Notes under the pieces: generated by a model
What the model was told of the DNA's origin: nothing
Seen by the model: only the letters and a program-made list of their open reading frames with translations
Databases searched by the model: none
Shown: positions 10,309-20,166 of the stretch, one piece after another
How positions within the stretch are numbered: the stretch's first letter is position 1
How the letters are laid out: the number at the start of each line of letters is the position of its first letter
Translations under genes and position numbers: made by a program
Origin: Oligoflexales bacterium
GTDB taxonomy: Bacteria > Bdellovibrionota_B > Oligoflexia > Oligoflexales > RGVZ01
Direction: 5' to 3'
Length of the DNA stretch: 64,000 nt
Assembly (NCBI GenBank): GCA_947468665.1
Contig: CANILH010000002.1
Location: forward strand, 23,959-87,958

Positions 10309-11370
10309 TCAGGCAGCTATGCCGTTATACCAACGCGCGCGAGCCATGCGCTCGACTTCCTCGGCATCATGAAGAATCCCGTGACCTTTGCTCCAGGCCT
10401 CGGGAGCGGCTGCCGCACGAAGCAAAAAGTCCAATAAATGTAGATGCCTGCGGAGGATTCTTGAGGTTCTGTGGGGCAATAAAGGATTAAAGATGCCCAA
10501 GGCGGAAAACAGCTGACGGGGATTTTTTTTGATCCAGAGCCAGGATCCGAGCTCCAAAGTTAATGGAATAAAAGTCGAACCTTGCGCCTCTCGCCTGCGA
10601 TCATACAGGTAATCCCACAAATCACCGTGCGTAGTATAGCTCCCTGACTGCGGCTCAACATTATAAATATGATGTGGATAGACCCGGTCAAGGAGGTGGG
10701 TAAGCTGAAATATCTCACGGAGATTCGGGAATGGCTGCTTTGTTCTGGCATATGGAAACCAAAGCCTGTCGACCGCACCAAAACCGCTGTGGACATCAAG
10801 GGCTACAACTGACGTAGATTTTGCGAAGTTTTCCTCAAAATAGGAGATCATCGCTTTAGCCTCGATCTCCATACCGGAGCCTTCAACCCCTCGAAACCAC
10901 GGAAGGTGATTAGAGATTCTGTGCCCTGCGGCGATACTAATACCACTTTTGTGATCGGCCTCGATCGGGGCGTTTCGCATCAAATCGACACCATTGCCAT
11001 TAGAACGGCGCCCCAGATACATGCCCACGGGATTAATGATTGGAATGACTGAAAAGCGAACCCGAGAAAGAAGAGCTTTAGTGGATGGGTCCCAATGGGC
11101 CATATTTGTTAATGTTTTAAGGTATGAAATAACGACGCGGGTGCCTATGCGCTCAAGTCCATGAACTCCGGCCGTGAGAAAAAACACAGGTGCTTTAGGG
11201 TCCTGACTCCCAAATTCAATGGCCAGGACCGGAAGGGATAGATCCTTGTGCCGCACCATAGTGAGTTCCTGAACCCTGACAAGACCCTTTGCTCCATGTG
11301 ACGCAAGTCGTTGAACCTCAATAAGTTCTGGTAGATGCACGAGAAGCGATCTTGTGTTGCCGCCGGCCAT
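10309..11370 (-). CDS. M14-family zinc carboxypeptidase-like / succinylglutamate desuccinylase-like protein
   Basis: FFLTAGVHGLERIG (HxxE zinc site), IPIINPVG, and RRSNGNGVDLMRNAP (the M14 R-x-N-x-x-GVDLNRN motif), with a later DVHSG. Confidence 0.65.
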   Translation of the reverse strand: MAGGNTRSLLVHLPELIEVQRLASHGAKGLVRVQELTMVRHKDLSLPVLAIEFGSQDPKAPVFFLTAGVHGLERIGTRVVISYLKTLTNMAHWDPSTKALLSRVRFSVIPIINPVGMYLGRRSNGNGVDLMRNAPIEADHKSGISIAAGHRISNHLPWFRGVEGSGMEIEAKAMISYFEENFAKSTSVVALDVHSGFGAVDRLWFPYARTKQPFPNLREIFQLTHLLDRVYPHHIYNVEPQSGSYTTHGDLWDYLYDRRREAQGSTFIPLTLELGSWLWIKKNPRQLFSALGIFNPLLPHRTSRILRRHLHLLDFLLRAAAAPEAWSKGHGILHDAEEVERMARARWYNGIAA

Positions 11371-11449
11371 TTTATCAAATTCTCCTATTTTTCAGCCCAA
11401 GATGGGGCGATGCCAGAATGCCCTTCCTCTTATTGTAATGCTCACCGCA

Positions 11450-11495
11450 TGAAAACTCCAAACCCCTTGCAGCTCAGCAGCTTCAAGGGGTTTGG
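11450..11495 (-). terminator. Strong stem-loop, probable intrinsic terminator of the GNAT gene
   Basis: Perfect 12-bp arms CCAAACCCCTTG (11458-11469) and CAAGGGGTTTGG (11484-11495), plus an inner AGCT/AGCT pairing. On the minus strand it is followed by AGTTTTCA, a short T-run. It sits 29 nt downstream of the stop at 11524. Confidence 0.55.
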
Positions 11496-11523
11496 TTCGA
11501 ATTTAAATAGCTAGGGGAAAGCC

Positions 11524-12354
11524 TTAGTTTACCTGATACTTACGGTTATACGTCGGAGACATCTTAGAGACGTCCAAAATGACAAATAAATCCCCGCAGT
11601 TAAAATCCAGGTCAATGGCCGGGTCACCCGTGATCACAGCGCCAGCCCGGATATAAGACCTCAAGAGCGCGGGAACCATCTGGCGGGACGCGTCAGTATG
11701 CTCTACAAACTTCGCGCGCTCGTAGAAATTATCAATTTTAAAATCATCAAGGGCCCGGACGTTAAATGACAAATCAACAGCTCCGTCAGCGACGAGGCTG
11801 TTATACACAGCCGTTAACTCCTCGGGATCAACAGTCTTTACACTACCCATCCCAAACAGCCAGCGCGAGCCGCTAGTAGTTAGATAGGCAATGATTCCGC
11901 GCCAAAGCAGCGTAATAACGGCTCCATTGCGATAATCTTTATGTATACAGGCGCGACTCAATTCAACTTTTCCGCCTGGGCGGGAAAGTAGTTCAGAAAT
12001 CTCGAACTCGGTTTTAGAGTAGAAATCACTCGTGCGCTCACCGGATATAAGACGATAAGTACCCACGATCTTATTGATGCGGTTATCCACGATAGCCAGG
12101 TGATCAGCGTGGGTATCAAAACGGTCACGGTCAATACCAAATGGAAGGCGTTTATTCATATATTCACGGTGAAAAACTTCGTAACGTAGCGTCATGACTT
12201 GCCAAAGCTCCCGCTTTGACTCGATTGTTTTGACCGTGAAATGGCCGCGAGTAAAGCTGACAGGAACGCGTTTGCTAAAGTCTTTTTGAGCTGGATTCAT
12301 CCAGCCAAGACTTTGCTTCATACCCTCTACGGCACGTGCTGTATAACTAATCAT
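11524..12354 (-). CDS. GNAT-family N-acyltransferase (OlsB / N-acyl amino acid synthase / hemolysin-like subfamily)
   Basis: 276 aa. LRYEVFHREYM...FDTHADHLAIVD...VGTYRLI...ELSRACIHKDYRNGAVITLLWRGI matches the pattern of the lipid N-acyltransferase GNAT branch. Confidence 0.6.
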   Translation of the reverse strand: MISYTARAVEGMKQSLGWMNPAQKDFSKRVPVSFTRGHFTVKTIESKRELWQVMTLRYEVFHREYMNKRLPFGIDRDRFDTHADHLAIVDNRINKIVGTYRLISGERTSDFYSKTEFEISELLSRPGGKVELSRACIHKDYRNGAVITLLWRGIIAYLTTSGSRWLFGMGSVKTVDPEELTAVYNSLVADGAVDLSFNVRALDDFKIDNFYERAKFVEHTDASRQMVPALLRSYIRAGAVITGDPAIDLDFNCGDLFVILDVSKMSPTYNRKYQVN

Positions 12355-12673
12355 ATTCCCCTCCGGCAGGCGGTTAGATACCTTAAGAGCGACTCCCTAT
12401 CAATAGAACAATGTAAGATATTCTAGGGGACTTTTATTAATGTGGCATTAAGCGCCCGAAAATTTTCGCGCTCATGTGGCTGGGATGGTCGGGGGAGAGT
12501 GTCTTGATTCAATACATTTTGCCCTATGGCGAGCATAATGTAGCTCGCGGCACCTAATATAAATCATTTAATTACAGGATGTTACACGTTGGCCCGGGCC
12601 TTGCTTAGATGTTCCGTGACTGGCCTTGTTCCTACCTTCCGGACCCGCCAAAACCTCGGAGCTGACCCTGAAT

Positions 12674-13024
12674 ATGATGATGACCGCCGCCAAAATTGTT
12701 GTAGATGTCGAACTGGATGATGAAACTCTCAGTGAGATTGAGATGCTGAGGACCATGCGTCTTAAGCATTATGAGAAAATGGTTCAAAACCCTGAAGAGG
12801 CGCTTGAAACCCTCAAGCGGGCCGGTCTTAAAGAAGAAAGCACGCCGGCCCAGGTTGCGGCGAATGCCTATGCCAAAGTTTCCGAGTTGAGAAACCGACT
12901 TTCTAATCGCCAGATGGTCTACGAGGACGAATTGTCCCTATATGTCGAATCATTAGACGCCACCGAATACCAGTCAACTGACGAGTCAACTGACGAGTCA
13001 ACTGACGGCTCAACCCACGACTGA
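12674..13024 (+). CDS. Hypothetical small acidic protein with STDE repeat tail
   Basis: The ORF-track start at 12626 is TTG. The ATG at 12674 gives MMMTAAKIVVDVELDDETLSEIEML... I recognise no family. Confidence 0.45.
   Translation: MMMTAAKIVVDVELDDETLSEIEMLRTMRLKHYEKMVQNPEEALETLKRAGLKEESTPAQVAANAYAKVSELRNRLSNRQMVYEDELSLYVESLDATEYQSTDESTDESTDGSTHD
12974..13021 (+). repeat. 12-bp in-frame tandem repeat, 4 copies (last degenerate)
   Basis: TCAACTGACGAG x2, then TCAACTGACGGC, then TCAACCCACGAC. These encode STDE-STDE-STDG-STHD at the C-terminus. Confidence 0.9.
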
Positions 13025-13026
13025 AT

Positions 13027-13782
13027 TCAAGGAAGTGTTAGTATCTCAACTGACCCGTCGCCACGGATCGCGATGGTATGCTCGAACTGAGCGGAGAGGC
13101 TGCGGTCAACCGTTACCGCCGTCCACTTGTCCTTGAGAATTTTGCAGCGGTAATCACCAGAGTTGATCATTGGCTCAATAGTAAACGTCATCCCAGGCTC
13201 AATACGAACCCCTTTGCCAGCCTCGCCGTAATGAGGAACCTGAGGGTCTTCATGAAAAATCTTACCGATGCCATGCCCAACAAAATCACGGACAACTGAA
13301 AATCCATTCTTCTCAGCGTACTCCTGAATGGCGTGGCCAATATCACCAATGCGCGCCCCAACGCGGACTTTTGAGATGCCAATCTCAAGGCACTCCTCGG
13401 TGACCTTTACAAGCTTACGGGCAGTCGCCGAAATATGATTTCCGACAAAAAACGTTTTTGACGCGTCACCATGATAACCTTCAACGATTGGCGTGACGTC
13501 AATATTAATGATGTCACCTTCCTTAAGGATATGCCGGGGGTCAGGAATCCCGTGACAGACGACCTCATTGACAGAGGTGCAGATACTTTTGGGGAAACCA
13601 CGGTAGTTAAGCGGAGCGCAGATAGCTCCACGACTCACGGTAAAATCATGACAGATGTCATTAAGCTCCTGGGTCGATACTCCCACGCGTATATGCTTTT
13701 CAATCATGGCGAGAGTCTCAGCGGCAAGCTTGCCGGCCGTTCGCATGGCGTTAATTTCGTGGTCAGATTTTAAAATAATCAC
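13027..13782 (-). CDS. map: Type I methionine aminopeptidase
   Basis: FPKSICTSVNEVVCHGIP...DIINIDVT...GYHGD...FVGHGIG...FTIEPM...AQFEHT (metal ligands D, D, H, E, E). Confidence 0.93.
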   Translation of the reverse strand: MIILKSDHEINAMRTAGKLAAETLAMIEKHIRVGVSTQELNDICHDFTVSRGAICAPLNYRGFPKSICTSVNEVVCHGIPDPRHILKEGDIINIDVTPIVEGYHGDASKTFFVGNHISATARKLVKVTEECLEIGISKVRVGARIGDIGHAIQEYAEKNGFSVVRDFVGHGIGKIFHEDPQVPHYGEAGKGVRIEPGMTFTIEPMINSGDYRCKILKDKWTAVTVDRSLSAQFEHTIAIRGDGSVEILTLP

Positions 13783-13831
13783 AAAACATCCTTTTTAAAA
13801 AGCCTCAACAGGGCGGAAAGTCAGCAGGCCA

Positions 13832-15349
13832 TCAATCAACGGCGATGCGGCGAAACCAGTCCGGATCAAGGGCATTGATCTTAGCAGGCACTGGTGTGCC
13901 ATGACCTGTCACACAAAACTGATGGGCCATCACCAGGGTCCACGGTTCAACCTCAAACCATCTCTCGTGAACTTTACGCAAAAGTGAGAAATCGGGCGTC
14001 GACTGAGTCAAAGTCATGGAGTAAGCATCCAACAATTCGTCGAGGGACTTATCACTGCCTACGTTAAAAGGAAAGCGGGCCTTTGCGTCAAAAATAGTTT
14101 TTGTCGCGCTCGAATGGGCCAGCGACCTGAGATCCTCGGATATCCAGGGAATAAAAGTACTGACCAAAGCCGCGTCAAATGTCGCGCCAGGCACACCAGG
14201 ATCCTCAAACCGCGTTTCGATACCAAGGGAGGCCATTGAGTCGCCGATTATTTTCTCCATCAAATCCTGCTTTCCGCTAAGGCGCGCGATTCTCAATATC
14301 GCCGGCTTCTCGCCGCCTTTCGCCCGAGGTAGGCCGATATGCGGTTGATTAAAACCCGCCTGCTCAAATATTTTCCCCGCGGCGTCTAAGCTATAGGGCC
14401 GCACAAGAGCCTTCGGACTGTAGCCCGGATGGGCTCGGAGAATTGGGGCCGAGATGAGAGAACCGATATCGCCAGCGGCGGTTCGAAGAATCTCCCCCCT
14501 GGGTGTTGCCATGGTAAGAGCCTGCCTTAAGGCCGGAGTTGCCGCCAGGGGTGAGGCGGGGTTCCAAATGATGGCTGTCACCAAGGGAACATCGAGTCTT
14601 GAGGGACAAGACAACGTGTCAATAGAGGTCGACGTCGCCTTTGTTACCCTGGACGCCATAGAAAATGAAAGACTGTGATCAGAACCCGTTATCGGCTCCC
14701 CAGAGGCGGCCACGCGAATTTTGTCATATTTTGCCGTGTACCCTTTATTCAATGTCAGCTCAAACCCTCCCGGCGAGGGCGTCAAAGCATAGAGCCCGGC
14801 GCAGTCCCAGTGGCCGGCGGTCATTCGCGAAAAACTAATCCCGGATAACACATAAGGTCCGAATTTTGGCTTCGATGCCCACTCAATTTTAGCTCCAAGG
14901 GGGCCTGATGCGGCGATTATCACATTCGCGGGGATCGTGACTCCCAGCCTGTCGTGAACAATGGATTTCAAATTTTCTTTTAGCCAGACAGCGAGACCCT
15001 CGCCATCAACCGGACTTCCGCCCCACCACTTCAAACCTGGCCGTAGATTAAACGTCCACGTTTCTCCAGAGCTCGAATGTTCCACGGAGGGCGGCTGTTT
15101 CAATAGCAGGGGCGCATTTTTCAGGTGATCGCCCTCAAGCCGCAAGACCGCGGGACAGGCAAGTCGCCCCATAATCGGGTCATCACCAAGCCATGATGGA
15201 ATGGGGGACGAAATATTAACCTGGGCTGCAGGCAGCCAGCCAGTCACGTCAAGTGTCGTGGCGACAACCGGGCTGGTGACTAAGGTTAGGGACCAAACCG
15301 CGATTTGAGCGACCGTGACTGAAAGCGAACTTTTGGTGACAGGATCCAT
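13832..15349 (-). CDS. Secreted solute-binding-protein family 5-like protein (peptide/nickel-type SBP fold), orphan
   Basis: N-terminal signal-like segment, then WTFNLRPGLKWWGGSPVDGEGL and LRQALTMATPRGEIL, which resemble family-5 SBP motifs. No permease or ATPase genes are nearby. Confidence 0.45.
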   Translation of the reverse strand: MDPVTKSSLSVTVAQIAVWSLTLVTSPVVATTLDVTGWLPAAQVNISSPIPSWLGDDPIMGRLACPAVLRLEGDHLKNAPLLLKQPPSVEHSSSGETWTFNLRPGLKWWGGSPVDGEGLAVWLKENLKSIVHDRLGVTIPANVIIAASGPLGAKIEWASKPKFGPYVLSGISFSRMTAGHWDCAGLYALTPSPGGFELTLNKGYTAKYDKIRVAASGEPITGSDHSLSFSMASRVTKATSTSIDTLSCPSRLDVPLVTAIIWNPASPLAATPALRQALTMATPRGEILRTAAGDIGSLISAPILRAHPGYSPKALVRPYSLDAAGKIFEQAGFNQPHIGLPRAKGGEKPAILRIARLSGKQDLMEKIIGDSMASLGIETRFEDPGVPGATFDAALVSTFIPWISEDLRSLAHSSATKTIFDAKARFPFNVGSDKSLDELLDAYSMTLTQSTPDFSLLRKVHERWFEVEPWTLVMAHQFCVTGHGTPVPAKINALDPDWFRRIAVD

Positions 15350-15457
15350 GGGTTTTCCAGTAACTGTATGGAATCATAATTAGCCAAATTAATTGGTATA
15401 TTCTATCATTACAAGCGGGTGGACTGTAAACCCGGGTGAAGTAGTTTTTGGAGTCTT

Positions 15458-16594
15458 ATGAGTTCTTTTGATGTCATCATAATTGGGCGCGGCATAACGG
15501 GACTAAGCGCGGCGTGGCATCTTTATAGGCATGGCATTAGGAAAATCTGCCTGATTGCACCCAAGATTTCGCCCGAAACGACTGCCACTCTTGGCCCAGG
15601 TTACGCTTCTGTGTCGCTACACGATAATATCTCGCGAGCGGTGCATGGACAGGGATCTGAGGTCGCACATGCTATCTTGAACTTGAATAGAACAGGGTTC
15701 TCCGGACTGCTTGATTTTGCCCGCGAGAGGAACATCTTTCATCAAGTAGGTCAGGTCAGTCGCTTTGCCGATTCAGATCTTGAGGCTAAAGAAATGACAA
15801 AGGCGGTTGCATGGCTTGTGGCAAATGGATTCCCCGCTTCCATTGAGAAAAACCAGAATCGGCTGGTTCAACGCGACGGAGCGGCGGCCGCCAGTCTTGA
15901 TATCTCTCTGACACTCAAATTCCTTGAAAAAGAATCCAAGGCAGCGGTCCGGTCCAATTCCGTCAAAGCGATCAAATCTAATTCAAATGGCGTAGATGTT
16001 TCATTGGAGGACGACACCATAGTCTCAGGTGAAATGGTTATTGCCGCCTGTCACAGGGGCATCAAAGAGCTCATTCCTGAAATGGAACATACTCTTGTTA
16101 ATCACGCCGATCAGTGGATGGAATTTGAGGTCACTAAGGGGACACTACCCCTTGCCCCTGGTGACCTTACGTTTACAGCCCACAGTCACTTTTGGATGAG
16201 CTGCGCGACGCAAAATACTTTAAGAGCGGGAGGAGCCAGATTTCTGCGCAAATGGGCCGGCATCGAGGCAGAGTCAGCGCCTGTCATGGGGAACATAACT
16301 AACGCGGTGAAAACCAAAATTGAGGAATTATTTAAAACCGAAGGAGTTAAGCTGTCTGACCCGGTCAAAGCATCCGGCATCCTTGATATCAGAGCCTGTG
16401 ACGAGATCCCTATTATTGGGCCCATGTTTGGGGACTCAAGAATACTCTTGGCAAGCGGCTATATGGGGTCTGGTCTGACTCTGGGGTTCGCGGCGGGTCA
16501 GGGACTTGCCGAATTTGTCGACGCAGGGAAATCCAAGGTCATTCCGAGCCTGTTTCACCCAAACCGTTTACGGAGCCTCACCGAAACCGACTGA
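15458..16594 (+). CDS. FAD-dependent oxidoreductase (DAO/glycine-oxidase-like)
   Basis: N-terminal [19 protein letters not shown] dinucleotide-binding motif in a 378-aa protein. Confidence 0.7.
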   Translation: MSSFDVIIIGRGITGLSAAWHLYRHGIRKICLIAPKISPETTATLGPGYASVSLHDNISRAVHGQGSEVAHAILNLNRTGFSGLLDFARERNIFHQVGQVSRFADSDLEAKEMTKAVAWLVANGFPASIEKNQNRLVQRDGAAAASLDISLTLKFLEKESKAAVRSNSVKAIKSNSNGVDVSLEDDTIVSGEMVIAACHRGIKELIPEMEHTLVNHADQWMEFEVTKGTLPLAPGDLTFTAHSHFWMSCATQNTLRAGGARFLRKWAGIEAESAPVMGNITNAVKTKIEELFKTEGVKLSDPVKASGILDIRACDEIPIIGPMFGDSRILLASGYMGSGLTLGFAAGQGLAEFVDAGKSKVIPSLFHPNRLRSLTETD

Positions 16595-16963
16595 GGCCAT
16601 GCTATCCGGATGAAGCGGGTGCTCGGCGATTTTAAACTCTTCTACTATATTTCCGCCGATGAGATGCTCATCTACAATTCGCTGACAGACCTCTGGCGTA
16701 ACACTTCGGTACCATACGCCCTCGGGATAAACCACGGCGACTGGACCCTCCCGGCAAATCCTGAGACAGCCGACTTTTGTTCTGTAGATTCCCGCGGCAA
16801 TAGATTCCTCAGTACGGGTGATCTTCTTAAGGTGTTCCCAAGTTTTCATGCCGTCCTCAGCGGAGCAGCATTTCTCGCCAATACAAAGGAAAATATGCCG
16901 CTTAACCCGGTTAATCCCAAGTTTCTCGATAATTTTATTCATCTCTGGCGTGCTGTTAGCCAT
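16568..16963 (-). CDS. Thioredoxin-like [2Fe-2S] ferredoxin domain protein
   Basis: [11 protein letters not shown]...[24 protein letters not shown] carries four Cys in the thioredoxin-like ferredoxin pattern. The ATG at 16963 (MANSTPEM) is preferred over the TTG at 16981. Confidence 0.65.
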   Translation of the reverse strand: MANSTPEMNKIIEKLGINRVKRHIFLCIGEKCCSAEDGMKTWEHLKKITRTEESIAAGIYRTKVGCLRICREGPVAVVYPEGVWYRSVTPEVCQRIVDEHLIGGNIVEEFKIAEHPLHPDSMASVGFGEAP

Positions 16964-17255
16964 GAATAGTGCCACCCACAAGAGATCGCCTATCGGCCAG
17001 TCGCTTTTCGACTGTCTTGCAAACGGAAGAAAGAGAAAACACTTTCTTGCCGCTGGCGCGAGCTTTCTCTAACCGCTTTGGCAACACATCATCCAGGACA
17101 ACAAGTAACTCGTCGGTTGTTCCCGCCTTTGAAAGCCAATCCTCCACCCGCGAGTAATCGTCCCGGGAGAGAAAATGCCCATTCCCAAGCATCTCGACTA
17201 TGTATTGAGCCACAAGTCCGCATGGCGTCATGCTATTGATATCGATTATGCTCAT
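16956..17255 (-). CDS. Hypothetical protein (99 aa)
   Basis: ORF whose ends overlap both neighbours: 4 nt with the upstream gene and 8 nt with the ferredoxin gene. No family recognised. Confidence 0.5.
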   Translation of the reverse strand: MSIIDINSMTPCGLVAQYIVEMLGNGHFLSRDDYSRVEDWLSKAGTTDELLVVLDDVLPKRLEKARASGKKVFSLSSVCKTVEKRLADRRSLVGGTIHG

Positions 17256-17797
17256 GGAGCTTTTGAACCTTTCAAAATACCCTCGAGTTGAGTCTGCATT
17301 TCCTGAACTTTCAAGTCGAGAGCCCTGCTCGTCTCAGACATCCGCCTGACCTCATGCAAATGATCATGAATCCGCAAAAAATTCGCGGCTCTGACGGGCA
17401 GACTAGTCACATGCTCGGGGTCCACAATATCAAAATACCAGTTCCCTTCAACCGCCCATCGTAAAAGCTCTCTTTGTATGGTCGCTCCGACTACGCCGAA
17501 AATAAGGGCAGGTGCCGGAATACCGTGGGTCCTGGGAATTCGCGCACTTAGGCTTTTTACCCAAATCGGAAACTGCTCTTCATCCATGCCCTCTGCCGAA
17601 ATGATAAGCAGGTCACAGGGAGAAGCCGCTGAGTCGTCTAGTGATTTAAGTGACACCATCTCGACTTGAACAAGTTGTCTTAGCTGCTGATCAAGAGCGG
17701 CCGAGGCGGCACTGATGAATCCGGGTGTGGCGTTCCACGAACACACGCGCATTCTTCGCCCAGGAAAAAGGAACTGAGTTGTCACGTGGGGTACCAC
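17252..17797 (-). CDS. Hypothetical protein, possible degenerate CheY-like fold plus C-terminal coiled coil
   Basis: Alternating hydrophobic strands (DLLIISAEG, ALIFGVVG, NWYFDIV) followed by the heptad-like tail SRALDLKVQEMQTQLEGIL. The start is GTG 17797 or ATG 17752. Confidence 0.4.
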   Translation of the reverse strand: MVPHVTTQFLFPGRRMRVCSWNATPGFISAASAALDQQLRQLVQVEMVSLKSLDDSAASPCDLLIISAEGMDEEQFPIWVKSLSARIPRTHGIPAPALIFGVVGATIQRELLRWAVEGNWYFDIVDPEHVTSLPVRAANFLRIHDHLHEVRRMSETSRALDLKVQEMQTQLEGILKGSKAP

Positions 17798-17851
17798 CGT
17801 ATTGCTGTGTTAATATAATTCTAGCACAAATTTCTTGGAGAGTCGGAAGGC

Positions 17852-18889
17852 ATGACAAAGACCACATTTAAAATCACGGCCACAGCTCCAACCCGCGTAG
17901 ATCTAGCCGGGGGCACGCTTGATCTGTGGCCGATCCACAACCTCCTCGATCGCAAGGCCACTGTCAACGTAGCCGTCAATCTCGAAGCGACGGTGACAGT
18001 AGTTCCATCCAATGACAGATTATTTCATTTCATCAGTGAAGACCAAAATATCAAAGATTCGGGGGATCTCGCCGCGGTGACCCGTTCATCAAAGCTTTAT
18101 TTGTTTGGGCTGCTCTTAAGTGCTTTCTGGAATAAAGACCTGCCACCAATCACCGTCACCACAAAAGCAAAATCTCCTGCCGGTGCCGGACTTGGCGGCT
18201 CAAGCTGTCTTGCGGTCGCTTTTTGCAGGGCTATCGCCGAGGCCCGTAAACAATTTGATAGAGCCTACGTCATCCCCACAGAGGAAATCATTGTCCGCAC
18301 AGCTCAGGATGTGGAGTCTCGCGTGATCCACGCCCCGACCGGAGTTCAAGACTACTGGGGCGGCATGCGTGGTGGAATCAATATCCTTGAGTATCCATTT
18401 GGACATACAACCGTAACGACTTTGCCTGGCAAGTTCTGGACCGGGGAAGACTACACGCTTATGTGCTGTTACAGTGGAAAATCGCGGGCCAGCGCCATCA
18501 ACAACTGGGAAATATTCAAACGCCTTTTTGATGGCGATAAGCCTCTTCTAGATAAAATCGCGGCGATTGGTAACGAGGCTGCTGACTGCGCGGAGGCCGT
18601 CCTGAAAGGCAACTGGAAGGACGCGATGGAGGCATCACTTCGTGAGTGGAAACTTCGAACGGCTCTTTGGCCGGCAATCGAGACACCTGAAACCAAAAAA
18701 ATCGACCTCGCCGCCAAAGAAGCCGGAGCAATGTTTACCCGGGTCGGCGGAGCAGGCGGCGGAGGCGTCATGGGAGTCATCTGCCCAAGAGAGCGCGTAT
18801 CGACTGTCAGCAAGGCCATGACCGCTGTCGGCGGACAGGTGATGGATGTCGTTGTGGGTGGACCAGGCCTGACTGTGACATACGGTTGA
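17852..18889 (+). CDS. GHMP-family kinase (HddA/fucokinase-like sugar kinase branch)
   Basis: APTRVDLAGGTLDLWP N-terminal motif and the SPAGAGLGGSSCLAVA GHMP ATP-binding motif. Confidence 0.7.
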   Translation: MTKTTFKITATAPTRVDLAGGTLDLWPIHNLLDRKATVNVAVNLEATVTVVPSNDRLFHFISEDQNIKDSGDLAAVTRSSKLYLFGLLLSAFWNKDLPPITVTTKAKSPAGAGLGGSSCLAVAFCRAIAEARKQFDRAYVIPTEEIIVRTAQDVESRVIHAPTGVQDYWGGMRGGINILEYPFGHTTVTTLPGKFWTGEDYTLMCCYSGKSRASAINNWEIFKRLFDGDKPLLDKIAAIGNEAADCAEAVLKGNWKDAMEASLREWKLRTALWPAIETPETKKIDLAAKEAGAMFTRVGGAGGGGVMGVICPRERVSTVSKAMTAVGGQVMDVVVGGPGLTVTYG

Positions 18890-19117
18890 AATGATCACTA
18901 TATAGGGGGCGCCGTAACGGGCAAAAGCTGAGATATTGTCTCCGCCCGGTGCCCACTCCATTAAAAGTGATAAAAATACGGATAGAAAACGACATATCAT
19001 AGGAATTTATAAATCGGCGCTGAAACATTTTCTAGTATTTCCCCGATCCCTTCTTTACAAATCACCCGCTCTTCGCTTCAATAGGCCATCTCAGGTCTAC
19101 TTTAGGAGCTTTATAAA

Positions 19118-19444
19118 ATGGCACAAAACACCGTCAACGTCACAGACTCAACCTTTGAATCCACAGTTATGAAATCAACAGTTCCCGTGCTTGTTGACTT
19201 CTGGGCTCCCTGGTGTGGGCCCTGCGTCGCCATTGGACCCACTCTTGAGCAGATGGCTGAAGAATTCAAAGGCCGTATCACTGTCGCTAAAATGAACGTC
19301 GATGAAAACGCAAATACGCCGTCACAATTTGGCGTTCGCTCGATTCCTTATATTGTTCTTGTTAAGGACGGCAAAGTTGTCGATAGCGTTGTTGGCGTTG
19401 TTCCCAAAGCCAAACTTATGGACATGATCAATAAAGCCCTCTAA
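19118..19444 (+). CDS. trxA: Thioredoxin
   Basis: 108 aa with VLVDFWAPWCGPC active site. Confidence 0.95.
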   Translation: MAQNTVNVTDSTFESTVMKSTVPVLVDFWAPWCGPCVAIGPTLEQMAEEFKGRITVAKMNVDENANTPSQFGVRSIPYIVLVKDGKVVDSVVGVVPKAKLMDMINKAL

Positions 19445-19470
19445 TTGCCTTTTCACTGTCGAGATTCACG

Positions 19471-20118
19471 ATGAAGCCAAACCTCACGGAAAAAGGCCGC
19501 ATTGAGCGCCATTGGCTCGCCCAGGGTTTAGTACCCGCGGGCATTGACGAGGTTGGTCGCGGTTGTCTTGCGGGTCCCGTGGTCACGGCTTGTGTAGTTC
19601 TTGACTACCAGAAGCTTGAATGCCTTGACGAAAAAACTAAAGCTAAAATTCGCGACAGCAAAACACTCTCCGCGAAACAGCGCGATGAAATCTTAAATCT
19701 AATTTCAGACATCAGCCTGGACAGCGCGATCGGCGTCGCTACGGCCCGTGAAGTCGAAAGCGTCGGGATATTGGGAGCGACGTTTCTTGCGATGAATCGC
19801 TCGGTCGCGGGACTTACCAAAACAAAACCAGATATTTTACTGGTTGATGGCAATCAATCCATCAAGGGACAACCCATCAAGCAGCAAACTGTGGTCAAAG
19901 GCGATAGTCTTTGTTTTGCCATCGCGGCGGCCTCGATTATCGCCAAAGAACACCGCGACCATTACATGAGACAGCAGGCTGAGATCCATCCAGAGTGGGG
20001 GTTTGATAGGCATGTAGGCTACGGCACCGCGGCTCATCTTACCGCAATCAACACCCACGGCATTTGCCACCTCCACCGTAAGAATTTCGCTCCCATCCGG
20101 GACATGACATTTAGCTGA
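19471..20118 (+). CDS. rnhB: Ribonuclease HII
   Basis: AGIDEVGRGCLAGPVV catalytic motif; 215 aa. Confidence 0.92.
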   Translation: MKPNLTEKGRIERHWLAQGLVPAGIDEVGRGCLAGPVVTACVVLDYQKLECLDEKTKAKIRDSKTLSAKQRDEILNLISDISLDSAIGVATAREVESVGILGATFLAMNRSVAGLTKTKPDILLVDGNQSIKGQPIKQQTVVKGDSLCFAIAAASIIAKEHRDHYMRQQAEIHPEWGFDRHVGYGTAAHLTAINTHGICHLHRKNFAPIRDMTFS

Positions 20119-20166
20119 ATCTGAATCATTTCGAACAAACGCTTTTGACCGCCGGAGAACCACACT

